A stretch of DNA of 63,895 bases, filler included, from Globobulimina sp. (taxonomy: Eukaryota), in the NCBI GenBank assembly GCA_003354225.1. It is 17 parts of 17 records of this genome, joined end to end, with 100 filler letters (N's around TTAATTAATTAA, not from the genome) between each part and the next. Parts side by side here need not be neighbours in the genome. Positions count along the whole stretch, not along the records: positions 48,954 to 52,614 come from PIVH01002300.1; positions 52,715 to 56,375 come from PIVH01002301.1; positions 56,476 to 60,135 come from PIVH01002302.1; 14 more parts are not named here. One strand, 5' to 3'. The translations under genes were made by a program, and so were the position numbers. The notes under the pieces are model-generated. The model made no database searches. It worked only from the letters and a program-made list of their open reading frames with translations, and had not been told where the DNA came from. Each line of letters begins with the position of its first letter. Within the stretch, counting starts at the first letter, position 1. Positions 49,648 through 60,235 of the stretch are shown here, one piece after another.

Positions 49648-50325
49648 TCAATTTTCAATCATTTCAATGATTATTGTGATTATCCCGTTAGGCAATGATA
49701 GGTTGCGTAACAATGAGTGTATATATTTATTTGTCGTTTGTTGTGTGTGTCTATTTAATGGATAATATATGGAATAATCAATATCTCTCTTCAAACAATG
49801 ATCCATTTCCCATTTTAATTGGTTCAAACAATTCCTCATTGAATTATTATTTAATAATTTTAAAACACGCACATCATTCCATAACATAAATTCATGCAAT
49901 TCATATCTTGCAATTTTCACTTTCTTTTCAATTATTTTTTCTTTGATGGACAGAATATTTGGCGGAGTTTTATTGTTCCGACTTAATTCCAAATAAACCA
50001 TTTTTTTCTTCATATTTTCAATAAATTGAGCTTTTGATATGTTTTTATCAATATAATAACGCCAAAAATCGTTGCTAAAACATGATTTATTTGTGGGGTA
50101 CAACAATAACTCCAATGTTTTAAAACTATTTGAATCGTTTTCAATCCATTTGAGCGCATTTAATTTATCAAACATATTCAATGGACGATAACCATTTGAC
50201 GGCATGAAACAAATTTGGTGAAGTGGCATTCCATGAATATCACACACTTTATCTCTTAATTCCAATACAAAACTATTGATATCGATTTCAAACAACAAAG
50301 GTGCATTATCTACAAGCTCAGACAT
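49648..50325 (-). CDS. Hypothetical protein with a ubiquitin-like N-terminus
   Basis: 'VLELRDKVCDIHGMPLHQICF' resembles a Ubl fold. Confidence 0.45.
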   Translation of the reverse strand: MSELVDNAPLLFEIDINSFVLELRDKVCDIHGMPLHQICFMPSNGYRPLNMFDKLNALKWIENDSNSFKTLELLLYPTNKSCFSNDFWRYYIDKNISKAQFIENMKKKMVYLELSRNNKTPPNILSIKEKIIEKKVKIARYELHEFMLWNDVRVLKLLNNNSMRNCLNQLKWEMDHCLKRDIDYSIYYPLNRHTQQTTNKYIHSLLRNLSLPNGIITIIIEMIEN

Positions 50326-50515
50326 GATGTTTTGTAGAATTAGCGGTTTTGTGTTTTATCTATTTACAATATTTTTTACATCATGCAATTTTTACATTAA
50401 ACTAAATATATATATCACAAAAAGTATACAAAAGAACAAAAAACAAAACAAAAACACACGTTCACAAAACACTACAAAAACATAGAATCGTTTCCCAATA
50501 AAAAACGTTTGATTA

Positions 50516-51847
50516 TTACGAATAACGCGGAGGAGCCGAATGAACAACGCCCAATTTGGGTGTCCCCAAATTAACAGCCAATCTGTACTCATCTCCACCG
50601 TCTTTACCAACCATGCGTTTTAATGACTGAGTAAAGGTTAATTCCGGTTTGGTTGACATTACAACTGTTTCATTCTTTGGGTCTGCAATATCCAAATTCG
50701 GTGTTGCCACTGTAATGACTGTTGGTGTTGTCATATCGTCGCTGCTGCCTGAATATGTATCCATTTTTGACTGCGGTATACTTAAATTCCCAGTTGATTC
50801 CTGCACTGTGTTTGTTGTCCGAATCAAGTTGGATCCCGAAGAAAAAGCAGAGATTGTATACGCCGGCTGAGTTAAAGTCACTTCATTCAAATCAGAACGA
50901 TCCGCAGTGGATTTAGACCCTTTTTTAATTTTCAACAATTCCATGCCAGCAATTTTATTTTTAGCGCAGCAATGATGTAATAAGCTGCAGTATTTATTAT
51001 AGATATGGTTATTCCAGGAAAATAAAAGAAAAATACTGATTGAACTGACGGTGCAATCAATTACAATCCAAAATATCGCCGCAGGAATCCACTCTGACGA
51101 ACCGCTCAAATATTGCACCAATGAAACTGCCATGAAACAGCTGAACGAAGTACATATAGCAAAGGGGACCACAATGGATTGTTTAATGACAACGTGGAGG
51201 AAATCTTTGTCGACAATGCTGTTGGTTTCAGATGCGGCTTTTAGTAAAATATTTGCTCTCCGGACGAATAAAATGCATAAAACCATTGATAAACAGAGAA
51301 ACAATGCCATCCATATACACACTGCATACACGAAAATAACTAAGAGTTCAAATGCCAACGCAAACGTCATAAATAAGCAGAATATGACGAATAAAATCGA
51401 CGTGGCGTAGAGTGATTTCATTAGGATTTGGGGATATTGGATGGCCGAACCACCAAAGGCTTCATCGATTCTTCTGATAAATGCGTAAAACATTAAGGTT
51501 TGCGATAAGGTGTAAAAGCTAAGCGATGTTTTTGAGCCTATATCGCCAACAACGGTTCGATGGTAGAAATCGCCAGATATGGTCATGAGGAGAGTAGTTA
51601 TTAAACATGAAACTGATGTCACTGTGAACGAAATGGTAGAGCCTATACTGCACAACACCAATTTTGATGCGTGATCAGTCTTGTTTTCTTGACGAAAGGT
51701 ACGGATCGAACGAATCAATGATATGTTGAGGAAAATAAGAACGGTCGCCATTACCATCATGCCTGCCGCGGATAGCCAATCAATTGGATCATGACTCACA
51801 TTTATTTCAAATGAAGAGTCGTGATTACTTGGGGTATAAGATTGCAT
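50516..51847 (-). CDS. Seven-transmembrane, GPCR-like protein
   Basis: Seven hydrophobic helices and a Ser/Thr-rich tail. Similar architecture to 8638-10140. Confidence 0.7.
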   Translation of the reverse strand: MQSYTPSNHDSSFEINVSHDPIDWLSAAGMMVMATVLIFLNISLIRSIRTFRQENKTDHASKLVLCSIGSTISFTVTSVSCLITTLLMTISGDFYHRTVVGDIGSKTSLSFYTLSQTLMFYAFIRRIDEAFGGSAIQYPQILMKSLYATSILFVIFCLFMTFALAFELLVIFVYAVCIWMALFLCLSMVLCILFVRRANILLKAASETNSIVDKDFLHVVIKQSIVVPFAICTSFSCFMAVSLVQYLSGSSEWIPAAIFWIVIDCTVSSISIFLLFSWNNHIYNKYCSLLHHCCAKNKIAGMELLKIKKGSKSTADRSDLNEVTLTQPAYTISAFSSGSNLIRTTNTVQESTGNLSIPQSKMDTYSGSSDDMTTPTVITVATPNLDIADPKNETVVMSTKPELTFTQSLKRMVGKDGGDEYRLAVNLGTPKLGVVHSAPPRYS

Positions 51848-52265
51848 GGTTGGAAAATAATCTTTTTTTTTTGAGCTAGTCACTTGTGGAGAAGTTTTTG
51901 CTTAGTAATCATATATTAGTAGACAATCTTCAATACTTTAAGAATCAAACGCTGTCAAGCTATTGGATTCGATGGGTTATTTGTATTAAATAAATATAAC
52001 TTCGTTGGCCGCGGGTATTAATCGTTACATATGATGGAGCATTAAAATTTTGTTTTTATTGTTATGTAACAAAAGAACTTTATCCTTGCAGACACACAAA
52101 TTGTTTGTACACAAGCAGACACACAAATATTTATCAAAATTAATAATTAAAATAAAATTAATTATTGCTCCATATATTGTTAAGCAATAATTGTAGAAAC
52201 ATTACAAATACTAATTCTATTTTATAATGGCAATGGCATCGATATCGTATATTAATGTATTTTTC

Positions 52266-52614
52266 TTATTTCTCTTTAAGTTTAGTGATAGTAAACGCTA
52301 ATAATATGTACTTCGCTTCAACTAATTCACCATCAGCACCTATTCCTAATCGAACCCATTTATCTCTTGCAGTTTCATGCATTGTTTCCTTTTTTTCATC
52401 TTTTTTATTTTTTTTCGTTTTTACAAATTCAATTTTGGCATCACATTCAACTAAATAAAACTCCTCCAATTCGAACAAACCCCCACACCCCGGACACCCC
52501 CATGGTTTTAACCAACTTTCCGTTAATGGCATTATATTATCACCATATCCTCGTTCATATACAACCGGCTGTTTATACGCTTTACATTCTTGCGTTTCGC
52601 AATGACCACCGTAA
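52266..52614 (-). CDS. C-terminal fragment of a hypothetical protein
   Basis: Short ORF near the contig end with CPGC. Confidence 0.3.
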
Positions 52615-52748
52615 NNNNNNNNNNNNNNNNNNNNNNNNNNNNNNNNNNNNNNNNNNNNTTAATTAATTAANNNNNNNNNNNNNNNNNNNNNNNNNNNNNN
52701 NNNNNNNNNNNNNNAGAGTAGAGGTAGTAGTATTAGTAGTAGTAGTAG

Positions 52749-54488
52749 TTAATACTGTATCAATGACGCTGCCGTCATTATTTTTCGTGGAGGATCAGGA
52801 ATTCTTTGATAAGACTTTGTGGAGTGTATACGTTTATAAATAACAGCATATAAACATAAACCAATAATTGTCACTAAGAAAATGATCCATGTTACTGTCC
52901 ACATGTTATTATTAACTGCGTATGTTGGCATCACCACATTTGTATTTTTGCAAACAAATTCATTCAAATCACTTTGATTGCAAATACAATCTGTTTGATG
53001 ATTACAACATAATCCATATTCTGTTGATGAACCTCTCACAATTTGATTTTCCATAATACGCATTGTGGATTTACTCAAATCAAACTCAATTCTTTGCTGT
53101 ATCATATCATTGACAACTTTATCATAAACTGAATTATGTGAAAATATTGGATGTTTTTCCGATGGATCCCAATTAATATTAAACAATAACGGTGGATCGT
53201 GAATATTATACGCTTCATAGTTATGATAAATATCCTTTGTTATCCAATGTAATTTATATTGGTTACATCTCATTGCCCACAATCCCTGACATAAAATATG
53301 TTTTTTTTGATTATTTAAATATGGACAATCCTTTGAAAATGGAGTTCCTCCATAAAACATTAAACATCTTTCATGCAATATATTATGCTCATTATTATTA
53401 TTAAATAATACTTGAGAAATATCCATTGAATCATATATTTTATCCTTTGCTAACAATTTATATCCATTAACAATAGAGATTATAGTCATAAATATATCAT
53501 AATTTGAAACAACATCCATTGAACGAGATTCCTTTTCAATAACACCACTCCAATGAGCAATAAAAGGGACTCTATATCCGCCTTCCCAACATGTGCCCAT
53601 TCCACCTTTAAACAATCCACTCGATCCATCATCGATATTATTTTGCATTTTGAATGCACCACGATTTGATGTAAAAAATGTCAGTGTATTCTGCAATTGT
53701 GAGTTACCAAAGATATGTTGCATTATTGTACCAACCATATCATCCATTTCAGCAACACTGTCACCAACAATTCCTCTTCGTGATACATTACAAAATTTAC
53801 CATTTACAAATTGTGCATCGTGGATGGGATTAAATGCTAAAAATAATACAAATGGCTGAGTGGTGTCCTCATTGCTTTGTATAAATTGAATTGCTTTTTG
53901 TAGGTATTTTTGTGATAATGCGGATAAATCAACTGGTTGCTCAATAATTGTATCATTATCTAATAAGGCTAATGGAGGCAGAGCTTGGTTGATTTGAGAA
54001 GAATTGAGGTTAAATGAAGGAATGCCATAATAATGATCAAACCCAAAATTAAATGGTAAATATTGCTTTCTTTGACCAAGGTTCCATTGGCCAATCAGCA
54101 TTGAATTGTATCCAATTTGTTTCAAGATACTTATAAATGTTACTTCGGAATTTGGTAATCCACCAATTGCTGTATTTGAAAATGAGCCACCATTCCATCC
54201 ACCCATTAAACCATAGCGTATTGCAGCTCTTCCAGTTAGTATCGAGGACATAGAAGATGACATATATGATGAACCAGAATAACATTGAGATAATATCATT
54301 CCGTCCAGTGATAATTTGTTTATATTTGGTGTTTTGACTGTTGGATGACCATTATAACCAACATCACCATATCCCAATGAATCAGCTAAAAAAATAATAA
54401 AATTTGGATATGGTCCACTTAAGCTTGCAGTGCCAGTGTTGTTGAGCAAACATGCTACAAATAGTGGAAACACAGGAGTTTTGAACAT
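52749..54488 (-). CDS. Arylsulfatase A/G-like protein with signal peptide and C-terminal TM; catalytic residues degenerate
   Basis: PNFIIFLAD.LGYGD, TPNI..L...G, LTGR, GFDHYYG, WEGGYRVP and DPSEK scaffold motifs. The CxPxR motif is absent. Confidence 0.88.
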   Translation of the reverse strand: MFKTPVFPLFVACLLNNTGTASLSGPYPNFIIFLADSLGYGDVGYNGHPTVKTPNINKLSLDGMILSQCYSGSSYMSSSMSSILTGRAAIRYGLMGGWNGGSFSNTAIGGLPNSEVTFISILKQIGYNSMLIGQWNLGQRKQYLPFNFGFDHYYGIPSFNLNSSQINQALPPLALLDNDTIIEQPVDLSALSQKYLQKAIQFIQSNEDTTQPFVLFLAFNPIHDAQFVNGKFCNVSRRGIVGDSVAEMDDMVGTIMQHIFGNSQLQNTLTFFTSNRGAFKMQNNIDDGSSGLFKGGMGTCWEGGYRVPFIAHWSGVIEKESRSMDVVSNYDIFMTIISIVNGYKLLAKDKIYDSMDISQVLFNNNNEHNILHERCLMFYGGTPFSKDCPYLNNQKKHILCQGLWAMRCNQYKLHWITKDIYHNYEAYNIHDPPLLFNINWDPSEKHPIFSHNSVYDKVVNDMIQQRIEFDLSKSTMRIMENQIVRGSSTEYGLCCNHQTDCICNQSDLNEFVCKNTNVVMPTYAVNNNMWTVTWIIFLVTIIGLCLYAVIYKRIHSTKSYQRIPDPPRKIMTAASLIQY

Positions 54489-54545
54489 GTTTCAACGACG
54501 ATTTTTTGGTTGGAGATTCATCGAAAAACCTTTCACTAGTTAATA

Positions 54546-56375
54546 ATGGCTACTTTTTTTGGTAAACAAAAACGAAACGAACAAACAAAACTATACAAGG
54601 ATATATTAAAAGACATAAAAAAAATACGCAGTCAAGATGCAAACAATAAGTACAATGACAAAGTACATAGTCAAGAATCGATTTCAAGGAATTTACCACA
54701 AAATCTCAAGCAATACAGCCATACATTACATGTTGTTAATGAATTTTGGTTGAATAATATAAAATATTTAAACGATGAAGAATTAAATGGAACCGCAATG
54801 TTACTTTATTGTCATTTATACAGTCAATGTACACCAAAATCACGTGAATTATTATTAAAATCGAATAAAATGAACATTCCATCGCATACTTTAAAGATAT
54901 TTACTATTTTTGAATATGCAATCCGTCAAATAACTGATTCAAACACAGATTCTCATATTAAATTATTCAAACAGTTGAAAGCAATCGGCGTTTTCCATAA
55001 AAAATATCTAAATGTTTTTGATGATATTGACTGTGATATCTTTGAATTAATGCTCGATTCGTTCAATTATTGCATGGAACAGAAATTCCAGAAATCATTC
55101 TCTCTCCAAATTAGATTTTGTTTTAATCAGTTTTTTCGATTAATTGTTGATGTGATGAATGATAATAATCAGTGCATGTCTCTACATTTTAAGAAAATCG
55201 ATACTTTCTTAGCTTCATTAGAAGATTGTTTGAGTGATGAATATGGATCGCTATATTTCAACAAGTTTTTACAAGAAAAATTTTGTACCGAAAACTACTT
55301 ATTTTATAAAGCAGTGCAAGAATATAAATCTGTTAAATTCAATCAACGAATTAAAACTGGAACAGATATAATCAATACATTCATTAAAAAAGATAGCGAA
55401 AATCAGGTGAATGTCAGTGCTTCGATAAGAAAACATATATTAAGCATTGTTGAATGTGATATGGAAAACAAACAACAATTACTACAATCATCAAAGCAAA
55501 ATAATATTAGCATTGCAGAGATTGTGTATTGCGTAGGATTTACAGAGCAGTTATTTGACAAAGCACAGAAGGAAATATGTAATTTGATGAGAAGGAATTC
55601 ATGGAATTCATTCAGAGATAAAATATTGGCATTGTGTGCTGATGCTGATGCAGAGTTTGCTTTGCAACAAGAAACTAAATTGACGGAAAACACATATAAA
55701 GAGCATGAAAGGAGAGAGTTCATTGCAGAATTAGTCAAAACGCAGTTAAAACACCAAGAGCTGGACATAAATGCAAAGGTTGTCGAAGAAAAGGAAGATA
55801 TCGATATTAGAGGGAAGTTAGTTGAGGAATTAGATAAATTAAAACAAGACAATGAAATGTTGAAAGCAAACAAAAATACATTAGAGAAATTAAAAAAAGA
55901 CAATGAACTGTTAAAAGTAAATAAAAATGAATTAGATAAATTAAAACACGACAATGAACTGTTAAAAGCAAATAAAAATGAATTATTAGGTAAATTATTG
56001 GGTTTAGAGACGTTAGAAAATGAAAATAAGACATTAAAAAAAGGGATTTCTGAATTGGTGGATAATGTGCAACAGATAAAACAGGAAGAAACGCTTAATT
56101 TGCAAAGGAATGAGTCGATAATTCATATGTTAAAGCAAGAAAATGATGGTTTGAAAGCAAATAAAAATGAATTATTAGGCAAGTTATCAGATTTAGGGAT
56201 GTTGCAAAATGAAAATAAGACATTGAAGACAGAGATTTCTGGATTGAGGGACAATTTGCAGGAGAAAAAACAAGAAGAAATTCTGAATTTGAAAATATTA
56301 AAACAAAGCAATGCTAATTTACAAAATGAAAATGTAAATCTGCAAAATAGTAAAAAGAAACTCATTCAATCAAAG
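54546..56375 (+). CDS. Globin-like + RGS domain + coiled-coil protein, 3' partial
   Basis: aa ~58-205 globin pattern (W68, Y88, P97, H114, LKAIGVFH151). aa ~224-357 RGS (F..FL......EN..FY, FI......VNV, LFD.AQ.EI..LM...SW..F). Confidence 0.78.
55825..56300 (+). repeat. Coding tandem repeats (42-bp/14-aa and ~189-bp/63-aa units) in the coiled coil
   Basis: Repeated ELDKLKxDNELLKANKN units and duplicated NKNELLGKL...ENKTLK...KQEE.LNL blocks. Confidence 0.8.
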
Positions 56376-56475
56376 NNNNNNNNNNNNNNNNNNNNNNNNN
56401 NNNNNNNNNNNNNNNNNNNTTAATTAATTAANNNNNNNNNNNNNNNNNNNNNNNNNNNNNNNNNNNNNNNNNNNN

Positions 56476-57970
56476 CACGCTGAAACACCGCCGGCGCGTT
56501 TTTCAGACCCATTGGCATCACGGTCCATTGGTATAACACACCGTCAAACTCAAAGGCGGTGAGTGGTTTAGTCGCATCGTCCAACGGTATGTGCCAATAT
56601 CCGGCCTTCATATCCAGCGACGAAACATAGCGTTTTTGCCGGAAACGCTGCAATAATTTGCGGATATTTGGTATTGGGAACTTGTCCGCCTTCGTGAGAT
56701 GGTTCAATGCGCGGAAATCGAAGACAAGCCGGACGTCGCCGGTCTTCTTAGGTCGCGGAAATAAGCTCGAACGCCACTCACTGTGGCTTTCCTCGATACG
56801 TCTATCATGCAGCAAATTGGCAATCTGCTGTTTGACATCGGGGTAATATTTATTATGTATATGATACACTGGCGTCGCGACTGGAGCAGTATCGATATCA
56901 TCACGCAAATCAATATGAAATTTCTCGCCAGGTATCCTTCCTATGTCTGCACCACTGCCTCCTTGTGATATATTACCTGCGTAGCTATCAATCAATGCTA
57001 GGATAGGTTTGCGAGCTGCGGCATCAACAATATTTATCTTTGATCGATCAATGACGCCATCGCAGTCCAATGGGTATAATTCGCAGGTCATGTCATCCAA
57101 ATCATCGCCGTAGCAGTCCGGCGTGAAATGATGAACGAAATTATCGGTCATTCGGACCATTTTATACCCCAACACCCGCAACAACGACCTCCCAACCAGA
57201 TAGTTTATGGTATCCGGCAAGTTATTGAGTACATAGAATTTGGTCGTTATTAGTTTATTATGCGTGCGTATCTTCACAGGCAAGTATTCATAGACTGTGG
57301 TATAACCACTGCCGGTACGTACCTTTGTGTGCCTCTTATCCTGTAATATAAACCTTTTATGTTTTAGGGCCGTCGCGTGATTTATGCATTGGATATTTGA
57401 GCCTTCGTCGGCTACGGCGCTCACTGTGGCCTTATATGGCTGTACAATGTCGAAGTTAATGGTATTTACTGGCACATCAATATTGGCGGTGTTTATAGTT
57501 TCTGTGGCGTATAGGGCACGAAAGCCACGCTCATATTCATGGTTTGTGCCATTTAAATGGAAATGTGGATGGTCGCGGAGTATATTGGTGACTGTAGGTA
57601 TGTCACCATCGGATTTATTCTCATCGCAAACGTGCCGGTTATGGGCAGTTGGGTATGGCGTATTATTTGGGATCATAGGCGACCGGCTATGGTCCATAGC
57701 ACGTTGCGGAGATTGGATACACTCATATTGGTCGAGTTGAGTGTCTCTGTTTTGTCGATATTTCGGTGTGTGATTGTTTGTTTTTGTGCAGTTATATTTA
57801 GTTTGGCTGCTTTCCGCTGTATGGTCGTGCGCTGAGTGCCTGGTAATAAGTAAGTTATGTACAGCGGTATTCGGTACAGGCTCAGCGGTTTGTGGGTTAT
57901 CTCCCGGTGGCTTCGAAGAACCGTTGGATGGTCCTCGTATGCCGGGGATGCGGATCTGCGGCATCCGCAT
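56476..57970 (-). CDS. pol: Retrotransposon Pol (aspartic protease + reverse transcriptase), partial
   Basis: AVADEGS...LVGR protease. RLVFDFRALN, SLDMKAGYWHI and MPMGLKNAP RT motifs. Confidence 0.93.
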
Positions 57971-59369
57971 TACTCTTATTATGGTTATTTGTATTTGGTG
58001 GTTGGCCGTGCGGCTTCACGTCGACACTGATGGTGAAGTTGTGTCGTGACCGCTTATTTGCGCCTTCATTGCTACGTTGCTGCTGTGCCGTAGCAGCACG
58101 CATATTTTTTATAGGGCCGCCATCGGCATTGGTTTTCGCATTACAATCTCGTGCGAAATGTCCCGGTCTCCCGCACCGAAAACAGCCTTTGTTCCTGCTA
58201 TTATTCGTAGGGCGATCAATGCCCCGTTTCTCTATCATATCGCCGTTATTATTATACACTGCGTAACACTCGGACTTATAATGTCCAACGTTTCCGCATC
58301 GGTGGCATGTGATTTTGGCTCGTTTGGACGTATTATTATAGTCCGTATTGTCTCCGCGCTGGCGCTTATTGCCAGAATATCCGCCTCTGCCACGCCGACG
58401 GTACGCACCTCGGCCTCGTCCACGATAACCAGTGCCTCGCCCACGCCCACGATAACCACCACGGCCTCTACCACGGTACCCTCCGTACCCTCGGCCTCTG
58501 CCACGGTAGCCACGACCACGTGTACTGCGGTAATATGGCTTATCATTGACGTATGGATTGGTATTTAAGTTTTGGTATTTCGGACTTTGGTATTTCGGAG
58601 TTTCAAATAAATTTATACTCCGCTGGTCGTATGTGATATATGCATAGCGAGGATTGCCTGCTTCGCATCGTGGCTGCAGCACGGTCGATAACTCTCCGAC
58701 AGCTATGCGGAAATCCGCCAATGTCAATGGATTGGCTTTAACTATTCGTCGTCGTACGGCTGCATTCATGAAACCATTATTATTATACCTCTGTAGGTTG
58801 TTATTGGTGACAAAGCATTTAATATATATGGCATATTCCTCTCTGTCCGTAATATGCGGCACTTTGCGGTCATCATTCGCGTCGGCCGCAAACTCTTCAT
58901 TTAGTATATCTGTTATCTGATAAACTTGTCTTATACAGCACCGCAACGCATCATAGACGCATATTGGATTTTCGTTTTTGCGGAACCGGACTTCGCGGAT
59001 CTTATTTAGCAATGGATCGATAGTGGTTGGCGGAGGATGGACGTGTTTGGCGTATGTTGCCAATGAAGCAATATTAAATTCAACATGGTTGCCAATGTGG
59101 CACCAATCAAAGTATAGTTTCTTATTCGGCGTTGGTATGGATTTCAACACCTCCTTCGCCAACATAGCAATCTCATGATCCGGATGACTATCCACAAAGT
59201 CATACATCTCCAACAACCAACGAAACGTATCCAACCCGGATTTGATCCATGGTTTAGCGAATTTGGACATGGAATCACGCATAAATATCATTTGTGAATA
59301 GTTGATAGGCACAGCAGGTACTGGCACGGCAGGAGCCGGTATGCCACCCACTGGTACAATGGCAGCCAT
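57897..59369 (-). CDS. gag: Retrotransposon Gag
   Basis: CHRCGNVGHYKSEC and CFRCGRPGHFARDC zinc knuckles, plus an RGRG(Y) repeat tract. Confidence 0.9.
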   Translation of the reverse strand: MAAIVPVGGIPAPAVPVPAVPINYSQMIFMRDSMSKFAKPWIKSGLDTFRWLLEMYDFVDSHPDHEIAMLAKEVLKSIPTPNKKLYFDWCHIGNHVEFNIASLATYAKHVHPPPTTIDPLLNKIREVRFRKNENPICVYDALRCCIRQVYQITDILNEEFAADANDDRKVPHITDREEYAIYIKCFVTNNNLQRYNNNGFMNAAVRRRIVKANPLTLADFRIAVGELSTVLQPRCEAGNPRYAYITYDQRSINLFETPKYQSPKYQNLNTNPYVNDKPYYRSTRGRGYRGRGRGYGGYRGRGRGGYRGRGRGTGYRGRGRGAYRRRGRGGYSGNKRQRGDNTDYNNTSKRAKITCHRCGNVGHYKSECYAVYNNNGDMIEKRGIDRPTNNSRNKGCFRCGRPGHFARDCNAKTNADGGPIKNMRAATAQQQRSNEGANKRSRHNFTISVDVKPHGQPPNTNNHNKSNADAADPHPRHTRTIQRFFEATGR

Positions 59370-60235
59370 ACTATGTATAGATGGTATGATCAATATTTAT
59401 CATGGAATGGAACCAATATATATCTCTCGACCCGCACATATGCTCATTTTACCCTATCGGGCACTGTACGCAATCGCAAATCATACACACAGTGATATCG
59501 GATATTTTATTTTGTTTATATATTTATGGACATCACGTCAAGCTCAGTCATAGCACACACACGCCCCAGGCTGGCCGCTCAATGACACACAGCTATCTAT
59601 GTCGCACTGACACCGGATTTAGACCGTCAATCATGCCGCACTGGCAATGGAGTTAAACCATGGGAATTAGACCCAACATCAAGTATTTATTGGGAATCAT
59701 ACCCGTCTGCATTTCGCAGTGTTACTTGTGTTTTTTTTGTTATTTTTATTCGTGCACTTTATTATTTTGTTTCTCCGGAAACGTTTTTGGTTGTTTTGCA
59801 TGCTCATTATAGTTATTATACATTTTATTGTATTCTGCGTGATTTAATTTATTTTTATAGTTTGCTTATCACGTCTTAGTTCCTGATCTTGTTCACAACA
59901 AAATCTCCCTTTAGAAATAGATGAGGGTGGCCTACGGGCAGAGCTCTACTGTCTAGGTCTAGTCTAGTTTCAAGCGTAACGTTACTTCGGTTCAGTTGTA
60001 TACAACACACTTATGCATATATGCTTTTATATATATATATAGATCTATTTACCTCTCTTTTCTTTATAGCGCTCTCTTTCTGTCGTAAATAAGTTAAACA
60101 CTTGACCCCCCAATTGTGGAGACTCCTCTGGTGGTNNNNNNNNNNNNNNNNNNNNNNNNNNNNNNNNNNNNNNNNNNNNTTAATTAATTAANNNNNNNNN
60201 NNNNNNNNNNNNNNNNNNNNNNNNNNNNNNNNNNN

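Larger units (their letters stand above)
56476..60100 (-). mobile_element. Ty3/gypsy LTR retrotransposon, 5' part
   Basis: Gag with two CCHC knuckles, then pol in the order protease, RT. An AT-rich LTR/leader lies upstream. Confidence 0.92.
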
